From assembly GCA_963783305.1 (NCBI GenBank), contig CAWAMW010000013.1, positions 69,487 to 133,486 on the forward strand: a stretch of DNA of 64,000 nt, given 5' to 3'. Source of the DNA: an uncultured Gemmatimonadales bacterium. GTDB lineage: Bacteria > Gemmatimonadota > Gemmatimonadetes > Longimicrobiales > RSA9. The position numbers were made by a program, and so were the translations under genes. Shown in pieces: positions 8,611-17,378 of the stretch (positions are counted from its first letter, which is position 1; the number at the start of each line of letters is the position of its first letter). The notes below the pieces were generated by a model that saw nothing but the letters and a program-made list of their open reading frames with translations, was not told the DNA's origin and did not search any database.

Positions 8611-8808
8611 GTGGCGTCGGAGGAGTACGGGCTGCCGGAGAACCCGGCGTGTCCCTTCTGCGAGGGGCGCGAAACCGAGCTGCACTCGGCGTTTGGGACC
8701 GCGCTTTCCGTCGCCACCTACTGGTGCCGCCGGTGCCGGACTGCCTTCGAGTGGGTGAAGTGGGCAGAGTCCTCCGAGCGGACCGGCGACTCAGCGGCGG
8801 ACCGCTAG
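8611..8808 (+). CDS. stand-alone PaaD-type zinc-ribbon protein
   Basis: CPFC...TELHSAFG......WCRRCRTAFEWVK resembles the PaaD C-terminal CxxC/CxxC ribbon; GTG start after GAGG. Confidence 0.75.
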   Translation: MASEEYGLPENPACPFCEGRETELHSAFGTALSVATYWCRRCRTAFEWVKWAESSERTGDSAADR

Positions 8809-8836
8809 CAGGTGATGAAGGGGGTCCGCGGGGGAG

Positions 8837-8899
8837 GGTCGAGGGTCGATCCCTTCGGTCGCTCCACTCCCCGAGGACCCCGCTGTCGCGGGGCGTCGA
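8837..8899 (+). repeat. dispersed REP-like repeat, copy 2
   Basis: Identical 22-nt core at 8837-8858, then GGTCGCTCC..CCCCGCTG.CG.GGGG.GTCGA similar to 1497-1538; lies between convergent genes. Confidence 0.8.
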
Positions 8900-8931
8900 A
8901 GTGACGGGCCACGCGCGGGTTCAGCAATTCG

Positions 8932-9477
8932 TCAGGGGCTTGCTTCCTCTTCCCTTTCTTTCTCTCCTCCGTCCTGTTCGATCCGGACCTCAAGCAGGAA
9001 GTCCTTCAGGGGACCGCTCGTGACGGTGGCCGCCTCCGCCAGCTCGAGGGTAATGGCAGGGCGCCGCATACCGTTGATCAGCACGTGCCGCGCGGCCACT
9101 TCCACGACCTTCTCATCCGTCGCCCTCGTGGCCGCCTCGTAGTACTCGATGTAGCGGGCGCTCACGCGCTGCTCGAAGAGGGGGAGCTGTACGCGAGGGA
9201 TGGCGCGGGGCTCGAGGTCCTCGTAGATGGCGTGGTGCATGGCGTCCAGCACCTGCCTGACGCGCTCGGGCTGGTCGGCGCACGCCTGCTGGCACGCGTG
9301 CGTATGCAGCCACATGAAGAAGATGAGTGCTTCTTCGGGCTCCACGGTGGGTAGCGCGAGCACCGCCGTCCCGCCGGTGCTCTCGGGGGGAAGCCCCCGT
9401 CGCTCGATGAAATCGGTGAAGCTCTCCCATACCAACTGGGCGAGACTGTCACCCAGCTCCGCGGCTGACATCCGCAT
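8932..9477 (-). CDS. hypothetical protein (alpha-helical)
   Basis: 181-aa ORF with GGAGG SD, natural composition and a TTGACA-N17-CGTATT promoter candidate upstream (9505-9533). Confidence 0.65.
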   Translation of the reverse strand: MRMSAAELGDSLAQLVWESFTDFIERRGLPPESTGGTAVLALPTVEPEEALIFFMWLHTHACQQACADQPERVRQVLDAMHHAIYEDLEPRAIPRVQLPLFEQRVSARYIEYYEAATRATDEKVVEVAARHVLINGMRRPAITLELAEAATVTSGPLKDFLLEVRIEQDGGEKEREEEASP

Positions 9478-9603
9478 GTGGCCTCCGTTCTCGTGTGGGC
9501 TGCTAATACGGAGCGGTGAACGGCAGGTGTCAAGATCCGCGCGTCGCGCTGGCGGGCGCCGGTGGGCCGAATCAGTGCCAGCCGGCGCCGCGGTCGTCGG
9601 ATG

Positions 9604-9909
9604 TCAGGCGGGAACGACGGTCCAGCCGATCTGGACTTCTCTGCCGTCACGAACGGCGTCTCCGGTGGGGACCACCAGGTCGAACTCGCGGTACTTCTCC
9701 ACGCGCTCCCTGGTCTGGCGACCGGCGGTGGCGGAGAGGCCTTTCACGGTGGCGCTCCACTCCTCGCCTTCGGGAGTGAGGATGCGGAAGGAGGAGCCGG
9801 GCTTGAGCATGGACGGGTCGAAGTCGCCCCCGGTCAGCTTCAGGCGGAGCATCCACCCGCGCAGGGGGACCATGTAGGAGTCGGATACGTTGAAACGAAA
9901 GTCGGCCAT
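9604..9909 (-). CDS. small hypothetical protein, possibly an EF-Tu domain II-like beta-barrel
   Basis: FRFNVSDSYMVPLRG..LKPG..TVKGL..EVQIGWTV pattern; ATG start. Confidence 0.65.
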   Translation of the reverse strand: MADFRFNVSDSYMVPLRGWMLRLKLTGGDFDPSMLKPGSSFRILTPEGEEWSATVKGLSATAGRQTRERVEKYREFDLVVPTGDAVRDGREVQIGWTVVPA

Positions 9910-9979
9910 GTCATCGGTATCGTGAGACCAGGGCCCGGCCGCCCCATGCGAGCCGGCTAGCGGGTGCAGGATACCGTCT

Positions 9980-11554
9980 CTACCGGCCGGGGTCCAGTGC
10001 GAGTGTGGGGGCGGAGGGAGAGGTAGCGCGGCGAGCCGCGTGCCGGCGGGCGGTATCGGCCGCCCTGGTCAGCCCGTGCAGAAGGTCCTGCGCGGCGGCT
10101 TCGTCCAGATCGCGAACGCTCGCAACGCGGCCGCCGGCGGCAGTATCGACGAGAAGTGTCTGCAGGTGGAGCCGCCGCTGAAAGGGTGTGTTTCGGAGGT
10201 GGAGTGTCTGGATCTTCTCGTCAGGCACGACCCAGCTTACCCGGGTCAGGACGCCCCCCCGGATGATGGTGTAGCCGGCGGTCCGCCCCCAGGCGCGGGC
10301 CCGGTAATCGGCACGGGCGTAGAGGAGAGCGGGCATGAGCAGGCCCAGGAGGGCCAGCCAGCGCGGACCGAGCAGTACGGTGCACAGAACGGTGGCGACC
10401 AGGACGGGTACCGCGAGGCGCATGAAGGTGCGGCGGGTCGCGAGGGGGGAGACGGAATGCATCTCGACGTTCTCGAAGTGCGCGTCCGGGAAGACTTCCC
10501 TGAGCAGGGGCCCCACCTGCCGTTTGCGGGCAATCGGAACGAACGCTTCCGACTCTCCTGCCCGGGGTCCGCGGCGCTGAGGCCCGGCACCGGCGGTCTC
10601 GATCTTGAGCGCCACGAGGCCAAATGGCCGGCGGAAAATGGACTCTTCGATGCGCACCGCCTGGACCCGCTCGACAGGGAGCGTCGAGTGGTGGCGGCTG
10701 AGGAGGCCGAAGTCCCGTCGTATATCATCTCCCACGCGCGTGAGCGTGAATCCGTGGTAGCGGATGATGCTGACGAACACCGAGACGACCCAGCCGGTGA
10801 GGACGAACCCGAGTGCCAGTGCTGCTCCGACCACCAGGGCGCCGGCCACCCCCAGCGCCGCACCCTGACCGAACGCCTCGTCCAACCAGCGCTCGACGAG
10901 GAGGGCGCCACCGACATCGCTGATGACCTGGAGACCCGTGGCGAGGCCGGCGGCGATCAGTCCCGCTTCGTTCGATGTAGCGCCGGCAATGGCGAGATCG
11001 GCGGTGGAGAGGCGGAGTAGTCGACGGACGGTTGGCTCCCCTGCCGCGGTCGGGCCATCGGCGGAGGCCGCGGCCCCGGTCTCGGATCCCTCCGCTCGTG
11101 AGGCGCGGGCATCCCCGCGCCGCCGCATGAGCTCGGTCTGGAGATCCCGCGCCTCGGCGATGGCCAGGACCGCCAGGGAGGCTTCGGTATCGCCCCCGCC
11201 GGACGCGGTCTCGAGCTGGAGGGTCGCTACTCCGGCGAGTCGCTCCACCGCGGACTGCTCGAGGTCTATGTTCTGAATACGGGCCAGGGGGATCACCCGG
11301 CGTCGACGTGAGAGGACGCCACTGTCGATGATCAGCTCATCACCCTCGAGCCGGTACCGGAACATGAGCCAGCCCGCGGCGGCGAGCAGGAGCGACGGGA
11401 TGGTGAGGATGAGAGCGATCCACTGAAGGGTGCCGACCACGCCGTCGCCGACGGACGCACCGCCCAGGAGCGCTGGAAGCACGAGCTGTCGGGCGAGCTG
11501 GAGCGCCCTGGACACGACGGTAAAGCCGTGGAGGCGGCGTCCTTCAGACGGCAT
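9980..11554 (-). CDS. YdbT-like membrane protein with bacterial PH domains
   Basis: Repeated bPH_2 motifs (IPLARIQNIDLEQS, LPVERVQAVRIEE, KIQTLHLRNTPFQR) separated by TM pairs. Confidence 0.85.
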   Translation of the reverse strand: MPSEGRRLHGFTVVSRALQLARQLVLPALLGGASVGDGVVGTLQWIALILTIPSLLLAAAGWLMFRYRLEGDELIIDSGVLSRRRRVIPLARIQNIDLEQSAVERLAGVATLQLETASGGGDTEASLAVLAIAEARDLQTELMRRRGDARASRAEGSETGAAASADGPTAAGEPTVRRLLRLSTADLAIAGATSNEAGLIAAGLATGLQVISDVGGALLVERWLDEAFGQGAALGVAGALVVGAALALGFVLTGWVVSVFVSIIRYHGFTLTRVGDDIRRDFGLLSRHHSTLPVERVQAVRIEESIFRRPFGLVALKIETAGAGPQRRGPRAGESEAFVPIARKRQVGPLLREVFPDAHFENVEMHSVSPLATRRTFMRLAVPVLVATVLCTVLLGPRWLALLGLLMPALLYARADYRARAWGRTAGYTIIRGGVLTRVSWVVPDEKIQTLHLRNTPFQRRLHLQTLLVDTAAGGRVASVRDLDEAAAQDLLHGLTRAADTARRHAARRATSPSAPTLALDPGR

Positions 11555-12017
11555 CGCCGGACCCACTGAGGGCGGCGAGGGAGTCCCTGAGCTCTTCGGC
11601 ATCGGCGGCGGGGAGGGCGGGCACCGTGATGATGGCGCCGCGGGTGCCAGCCGTGAAGATCACGAGGGAGGCGAGGCCGAGCCAGCGGTCGAGGGGTCCG
11701 TGTCGCGTGTCCACGTGCTGGATCCGGGCGTACGGGATGATGCTGCTTGTATGAAAGAGCACGCCGCGGCGCAGGTAGAAATGGTCATCGCGGAGAGCGA
11801 ATCGCCATGCGTGGTAGATGCGGTGTGGCAGGAGGATGAGAGCGGCGAGCACCAGAGCGGCGATCGGCGCGGCGAGAATGCCTCGGCGGAAGGGCAGATC
11901 CAGCCCGATCTCCGCCATTACGGCGAGGAGGATGAGCGCGAGCCCCTGGGCGGCGATGGTCAGTCGCCAGAGGCTCATGGCCTTCGGATCCAGCGAGCGA
12001 AGCGACCCGACGGTCAC
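11544..12017 (-). CDS. YdbS-like PH-domain membrane protein
   Basis: Two TMs, then IPYARIQHVDTRHGPLDRWLGLASLVIFTAG. Confidence 0.9.
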   Translation of the reverse strand: MTVGSLRSLDPKAMSLWRLTIAAQGLALILLAVMAEIGLDLPFRRGILAAPIAALVLAALILLPHRIYHAWRFALRDDHFYLRRGVLFHTSSIIPYARIQHVDTRHGPLDRWLGLASLVIFTAGTRGAIITVPALPAADAEELRDSLAALSGSGDAV

Positions 12018-13123
12018 GAAGTGGCGGGAGCGGGGGGTGTGGTGAGGATGGCGGGTGGACTGGCGAGCCGAACGCGATTGCGGCCGGCGCGCTTGGCGTC
12101 GTAGAGCGCGTCGTCGGCCTTCTTCATGAGCTGAACGAAGCTCGTTCCATCTTCGGGGAAGGAGGCCAGCCCCGCGCTGACGGTGATGCGCTCGTGGGGC
12201 TGGATGTCGCGATGGCGGAACGGATGCTCCTGGACGTCGGCGCGGAGGCGTTCGAGGATCTGGAGCGCCTTCTCCTTGCCGGTGTTGATCATGAGCACGG
12301 CGAACTCCTCACCGCCGTAACGAGCGACCATGTCATGGAGGCGGAGCTCGCGGCGCATGACATCCGCGAGCTCCCTGAGCACGCCATCGCCGGCAATGTG
12401 CCCGACGGTGTCGTTGTAATGCTTGAAGGAATCGACATCGACCATGGCAACGGAGCAGCGGCCGCCATACCGGTGAACGCGGTCGAGCTCGGCGTTCAGC
12501 ACCTGCTCGAAGTGGCGGCGGTTGGGCAGCTGCGTGAGCGGGTCGGTGAGCGCCATGGTGGAAAGCCGCTGACGCAGCTGACGCATCTCCAGCCGATCCG
12601 CCTTGAGTCGCTCGAAGACGAAGCCCGCGTAGATGCTGAGGACGATCACCGACCCCGCCACGGCGGCCTCGAACGTGAGGGAGAGCGGGTAGCTCCCGCG
12701 CGCGAGGGCCACACCCACCAGGAAGTAGCTGCTGGCCATGATCGCGCTCATGGAGACGACCGCGCGAAAGCCTCCGAGTCCGGTCATGTTGAGCAGCGCG
12801 ACGAACCAGCCCAGGAGGATGACGAAGCGCAGCTCCGGGGCCAGGTAGGTGTAGAGGGCGAGCAGCAGTACGGCGCCAAAGAGGGGAGTGAAGAGAAAGT
12901 GGCGATCGCCGGGGATGAAGCGGTCGAGCCCGCGCCATGCGATAATGAGCATGAGCAGCTGAATGACGGCCGTGGCAGCGGCGGCGGCCAGCCAGCCGGA
13001 GTAGGCGAGGACGGTGAGGTCCAGCGCGCGCATCCCGAGCATCAGGAGGAGAGCGGTGGCGAGCCCGCCGGTGGCGAGGACCACGCCACGCGCCTTGATG
13101 TATGCTCTCTTGGATTCGTCCAT
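12014..13123 (-). CDS. membrane-bound diguanylate cyclase
   Basis: Multiple N-terminal TMs; TDPLTQLPNRR, DVDSFKHYNDTVGH, RxxD I-site (RLHD), GGEEF, ADDALYDAKRAGRN. Confidence 0.95.
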   Translation of the reverse strand: MDESKRAYIKARGVVLATGGLATALLLMLGMRALDLTVLAYSGWLAAAAATAVIQLLMLIIAWRGLDRFIPGDRHFLFTPLFGAVLLLALYTYLAPELRFVILLGWFVALLNMTGLGGFRAVVSMSAIMASSYFLVGVALARGSYPLSLTFEAAVAGSVIVLSIYAGFVFERLKADRLEMRQLRQRLSTMALTDPLTQLPNRRHFEQVLNAELDRVHRYGGRCSVAMVDVDSFKHYNDTVGHIAGDGVLRELADVMRRELRLHDMVARYGGEEFAVLMINTGKEKALQILERLRADVQEHPFRHRDIQPHERITVSAGLASFPEDGTSFVQLMKKADDALYDAKRAGRNRVRLASPPAILTTPPAPATS

Positions 13124-13269
13124 GCAATGCCTGCAGGACCGCCGCCCCAGGGGTGGGGTAGACAGCCTCCCGGGCCCGCTTCGCTTGTGCGTGCGGCTCC
13201 GGCCACGAGGAGAGTTAATGGGGAATATGTCGGGCAGGGCGGTATTCCCACAAGCTGAAGGAGCGATGG

Positions 13270-13548
13270 ATGGCGGAGATCGAGTGTGTACGGTGTGGCG
13301 AGCGGGGCGAGCAGCTGGCCAAGCCGCCGCTGCGAACGGAGCTGGGCGAGCGGATCCACGCGTCCATCGACCGGGCGTGCTGGGACGAGTGGCTGGCGTA
13401 CCAGCAGGCGCTGATCAACCATTATGGGCTGGACGTCCGCGATCGTGAGGCGCGGGAGTTCCTGACCACGAACATGGAGGCCTACCTTTTCGAGACGGAG
13501 GAGCCGGAGGACATCGACACCAGTGAGGAAGGGAACATCAGCTGGTGA
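13270..13548 (+). CDS. yggX: Fe(II)-trafficking/oxidative damage protection protein (YggX family)
   Basis: PP..ELGERIHASI...CWDEWLAYQQALINHYGL....AREFL...ME.YLF. Confidence 0.85.
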   Translation: MAEIECVRCGERGEQLAKPPLRTELGERIHASIDRACWDEWLAYQQALINHYGLDVRDREAREFLTTNMEAYLFETEEPEDIDTSEEGNISW

Positions 13549-13593
13549 TGCGGTGCCCGGGTCGAGACGTGTTCGGAAGGGTGGTCTGGTGAC

Positions 13594-14130
13594 ATGGCGG
13601 TTTTCGGGGAGTTCAGGCGGGCGTGGCGGGAGGCGGTGGACAACTTCTGGCGGGAGCTGGAGGGCGACGCGGCGGAGAGCGGCGCCCGTGGGGTGTACCG
13701 CGAGGTGGCCGGGGTGCGGAACCAGCTGGGCGAGCTGGATGACGCGATCGCGGAAACGGGCCAGCGACTGAAGCACGAGCTGGAGCAGGTGGAGTCGTGC
13801 GCGCGCCGCGAGCGGCTGGCCCGGAAGATCGGGGATGAAGAGACGGCCCGCATCGCGGGTGAGTACCGGGGCCGGCACCAGGAGCGTGCGGACGTGCTGC
13901 TGCGGAAGGTGGAGGCGCTGGAGGCGGAGCGTCGGCTCTGTTTGCGGGACCTCGGCGAGATGGAGCGGGCACTTCAGGACCGGGTGCCGGCCGACGACCT
14001 GGATGAGATCGACGAGATCGATCTCAACCGCCACCCGCGGGAGCGTGAGTTCCGGGGGCTGGAGGACACGGAGCGGAGCCGCGCGGCGGCGGAGCGCCTG
14101 GAGGAGCTGAAGCGGCGGATGCAGCAGTAG
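13594..14130 (+). CDS. PspA/IM30-like coiled-coil protein
   Basis: Long coiled coil with ARKIGDEETARIA and C-terminal RLEELKRRM, typical of PspA/IM30-like proteins; short for the family. Confidence 0.55.
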   Translation: MAVFGEFRRAWREAVDNFWRELEGDAAESGARGVYREVAGVRNQLGELDDAIAETGQRLKHELEQVESCARRERLARKIGDEETARIAGEYRGRHQERADVLLRKVEALEAERRLCLRDLGEMERALQDRVPADDLDEIDEIDLNRHPREREFRGLEDTERSRAAAERLEELKRRMQQ

Positions 14131-14188
14131 CCGCGTCGAGGCGGGGAGCGGGTAGCTGGGGGCCCCGGGGGTCGCTCCCGTCAGGGGC

Positions 14189-15340
14189 TCAGAAGCGGCC
14201 GCTCACCAGCGTGATGCCCACGACCGTCCGGTACCCACCCGACGGTCCACGGACCGGCGTGGTGAACACGGGGCCGCCCAGGCTCCAGTCGCGGGGCTGG
14301 CCATCCACACGGCCGGAGGAGCCGGATTCGTCCTGGCCCGAGCTCGTACCGATCCCGGCGCGACCCGCACCCAGTGCGAGTCCAATGGCGCTGGTGACGG
14401 CCGGAATCGCGATGGCCACCTTCTCGTTGTCCGGCTGCGCGATCAGGTCCACCCCGGCGCCGGCGAGGCCAGCAACCACGCCGACGATGCTGGCGATCCT
14501 CGCCTGGCTACGAGAAACCGGTGTGGAGCGGGCGAGCGCGGCCCCCGCCAGTGCCCCGATGTTCCCGCCCACCAGCGTGGCGGCCATGAGGTCGTCGTCT
14601 TCCATACCGCCGAGGATACCGAGAGCCGCTCCATACCACGTTCCCCAGAGGGAGCCCAGGTTCAGGAGCGACGCGTCGCCTGGCGAGATGTCGAGGGAAC
14701 GGGTCGCGAGGATTCCGCCGGCGGTTCCGGCGAGGCCGCCGGCGATCATCCAGCCGAAGACCGTTTCCGGGCTGGGTCCGCTCTCGCAATAGCCGAAGTC
14801 GTCACAGCTGCCGGCTCCCGGGTCGACGACCTGCGCCCAGCCGAACCCCTGCCAGGTGCCCCAGCTCCCCGCCCAGGTGATCGCGCTCGCGCGGCCATCG
14901 CTGATGGGCGTTGCCCGGGTCGCGCTCCAGCCGGCGCCGAAGCCGATGGGACCGCCGACCAGGAGCCCCAGGCCGTACGCTTCGCTGCCGTCGGCGGAGA
15001 GCATGGCGGGGACGGCCACACCGAGCCATAGCCCGTACAGGGTGCTCCACACGATCAGCTCGGTGCGTCCGCCGCCCTCGATCTGCCGGCTACCGGGAGT
15101 GGAGCGGGCGATCCGGATCGTGCGGGCGGCCGCCGATTCCGGGTAGCGGCGGAGCACGAAATCCTTGAGCGCTTCCGCCAGCTGGATCTCGCCCTCGGCT
15201 TCGAGTGTGCGAGCGGCGGCGTAGAGCTCTGCGGCGGGATCCGGCCCCGCCGTGCCGGGGTCCTGGGCGGCGGCGGGGGTGTAGCAGAGCGCGTGTGCGG
15301 CGAGGGCGAGAGCGACGAGTGAGCAGCGAGCGGTGCGCAT
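14189..15340 (-). CDS. exported Gly-rich membrane protein with an N-terminal TPR-like helix pair
   Basis: Signal peptide; LYAAARTLEAEG..VLRRYPES; repeated hydrophobic Gly-zipper segments; ends ITLVSGRF. Confidence 0.7.
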   Translation of the reverse strand: MRTARCSLVALALAAHALCYTPAAAQDPGTAGPDPAAELYAAARTLEAEGEIQLAEALKDFVLRRYPESAAARTIRIARSTPGSRQIEGGGRTELIVWSTLYGLWLGVAVPAMLSADGSEAYGLGLLVGGPIGFGAGWSATRATPISDGRASAITWAGSWGTWQGFGWAQVVDPGAGSCDDFGYCESGPSPETVFGWMIAGGLAGTAGGILATRSLDISPGDASLLNLGSLWGTWYGAALGILGGMEDDDLMAATLVGGNIGALAGAALARSTPVSRSQARIASIVGVVAGLAGAGVDLIAQPDNEKVAIAIPAVTSAIGLALGAGRAGIGTSSGQDESGSSGRVDGQPRDWSLGGPVFTTPVRGPSGGYRTVVGITLVSGRF

Positions 15341-15521
15341 GGCGCGAATATCGGCAGCGGAGCGCCGCAAGTCCACAGAGACGACGACGGAGTCCGGGGC
15401 CGGCTGTAGCAAAAAACTTGCAGAAACAGCGGTGATCGCAGAACATAGCGACCCCTGCGGGCCGAAAACGCCGAGGTGTTTCAGCCTTCGAGCCGTCCAT
15501 CACACCGGGAGTGGTATCTCG

Positions 15522-17288
15522 ATGACGAAGGATCCTAATAGCGAATTCGCGGACCAGGAGGCCTCGGCTGTGGGGCGTGGCGGCGCGCCCGCGCTACCGG
15601 GCGGGACGTTCCTCGGCCATCCGCGCGGCCTGTCCACGCTGTTCTTCACGGAGATGTGGGAGCGCTTCAGCTATTACGGGCTGCGGGCGCTGCTGATCCT
15701 GTTCATGACGGCGGCGCTGGTCGGCGAGAACCCGGGGCTGGGCTTCGGCGAGGCCACGGCGGGCGCGGTGCTGGGGCTGTACACCTCGATGGTGTACCTG
15801 CTCACGCTGCCCGGTGGCTGGATCGCCGACAATCTGTGGGGCCAGCGGAAGTCGGTGTTCTGGGGCGGCTGCGTCATCGCGCTGGGCCATTTCACGATGG
15901 CGGCGCCGTTGCTCGGGGCGCCGGATCTGGTGTCCTTCTACCTGGGTCTGCTCTTCATCGTCATCGGAACGGGGCTGTTGAAGCCGAACGTGTCCACCAT
16001 GGTGGGGGATCTGTACCCGGATCCCGAATCCATGCCGACGGAAAGGGAACGGGACGAGATGGGGGCGAGGCGGGATGGCGCCTTCTCCATCTTCTACATG
16101 GGGATCAACATCGGCGCGATGCTGGGCCCGTTCATCTGCAGCGCTCTGGGCGAAGGCCTGGACTGGGGCTGGCTCTCGTTCGCGGGGAGCTGGCACCTCG
16201 GGTTCTCGGCGGCCGGGTTCGGCATGATCCTGGGCCTGGTGCAGTACAGGATGGGCGATAAGTACCTGGGCCACGCGGGGGAGTTCAGGACCACGGACCC
16301 GCCGGAGGTGGTGAAGCGGAGGAGTGATCGTTTCTTCCTGGGCACGGGCGCGGTGGCCGCCGCCGTGGGCGTGATGGTGTGGATGATGGTGTCGGGGGTG
16401 GTGGGCATCCCGCTGGATGTTTTCGCGACGTGGGTGGGCTACGGCATCCTGCTGCTGGCGATCCTGTTCTTCGCGTGGCTGATCCTCGGCACGGTGTGGG
16501 CGGCCGGCCTGGTGGGGCTCTTCCTGGTGCTCTCGTTCGTGCTCGGCGGCACCGTGGAAGCCGGGCAGTGGGCGATCCTCACGACGCTGGGGCTCTTCAT
16601 CGTGGCGAACCTGGGTCTGCTGGTGACCAGGGGTGAGGAGGTTTCGGTGGAGAAGCAGCGGCTGATGGTGATCTTCTGGCTGTTCCTGCTGGCGGCGATC
16701 TTCTGGTCGGGGTTCGAGCAGGCGAGCTCATCGCTCAACCTGTTCGCACGCGACCTGACGGATCGGACCATCTTCGGGGCCGAGCTTCCGGCCGGCTGGC
16801 TCCAGAACATCAACCCGTTCTTCATCATCGTGCTCGCGCCGGTGTTCGGTGCCATGTGGACGTGGCTCGCGCACCGGGACAAGAACCCGTCGATCCCGGT
16901 CAAGTTCGCGCTCGGGCTACTGGGACTCTCGGCCGGGTTCTTCGTCATCGCCTGGGGTGCGGCGAACGCCACGGACGCCAATGGCGCCTCTATGGCGTGG
17001 CTGGTGGTGACGTACTTCCTGTTCACGGCGGGTGAGCTGGCGCTCTCCCCGGTCGGGCTGTCGTCGATGACGAAGCTGGCGCCTCCGGGTCGTCTGGGTC
17101 AGATGATGGGGGTGTGGTTCATCGCGGCGGCGCTGGGCAATCTCTTCGCCGGGCTGGTGGCGGGGAGCCTGGAGACGCTGGCGCCCTCGGCGCTCTTCCG
17201 GATGGTGGCGCTCTTCACCGCCGCGGCTGGCATCGTGGCGCTGCTGGCGAGCCCCTGGGTGAAGCGGCTGACGCACGGTGTGAAGTAG
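15522..17288 (+). CDS. POT/PTR family di/tripeptide:H+ symporter (MFS)
   Basis: GHPRGL..FFTEMWERFSYYG (ExxERFxYY), GGWIADNLWG, GLLKPN, FYMGINIG, GELALSPVG. Confidence 0.95.
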   Translation: MTKDPNSEFADQEASAVGRGGAPALPGGTFLGHPRGLSTLFFTEMWERFSYYGLRALLILFMTAALVGENPGLGFGEATAGAVLGLYTSMVYLLTLPGGWIADNLWGQRKSVFWGGCVIALGHFTMAAPLLGAPDLVSFYLGLLFIVIGTGLLKPNVSTMVGDLYPDPESMPTERERDEMGARRDGAFSIFYMGINIGAMLGPFICSALGEGLDWGWLSFAGSWHLGFSAAGFGMILGLVQYRMGDKYLGHAGEFRTTDPPEVVKRRSDRFFLGTGAVAAAVGVMVWMMVSGVVGIPLDVFATWVGYGILLLAILFFAWLILGTVWAAGLVGLFLVLSFVLGGTVEAGQWAILTTLGLFIVANLGLLVTRGEEVSVEKQRLMVIFWLFLLAAIFWSGFEQASSSLNLFARDLTDRTIFGAELPAGWLQNINPFFIIVLAPVFGAMWTWLAHRDKNPSIPVKFALGLLGLSAGFFVIAWGAANATDANGASMAWLVVTYFLFTAGELALSPVGLSSMTKLAPPGRLGQMMGVWFIAAALGNLFAGLVAGSLETLAPSALFRMVALFTAAAGIVALLASPWVKRLTHGVK

Positions 17289-17319
17289 GCGTCGGCGGGA
17301 GTAATCGGGTGGCATGAAG

Positions 17320-17355
17320 GAGCGCCCCCGGCGGTGGTAGCCGCCGGGGGCGCTT
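17320..17355. terminator. bidirectional terminator hairpin between the convergent transporters
   Basis: AGCGCCCCCGGCGG / CCGCCGGGGGCGCT stem with a 6-nt loop. Confidence 0.7.
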
Positions 17356-17378
17356 CGCTTATCGCGTCATGGTCGCGA

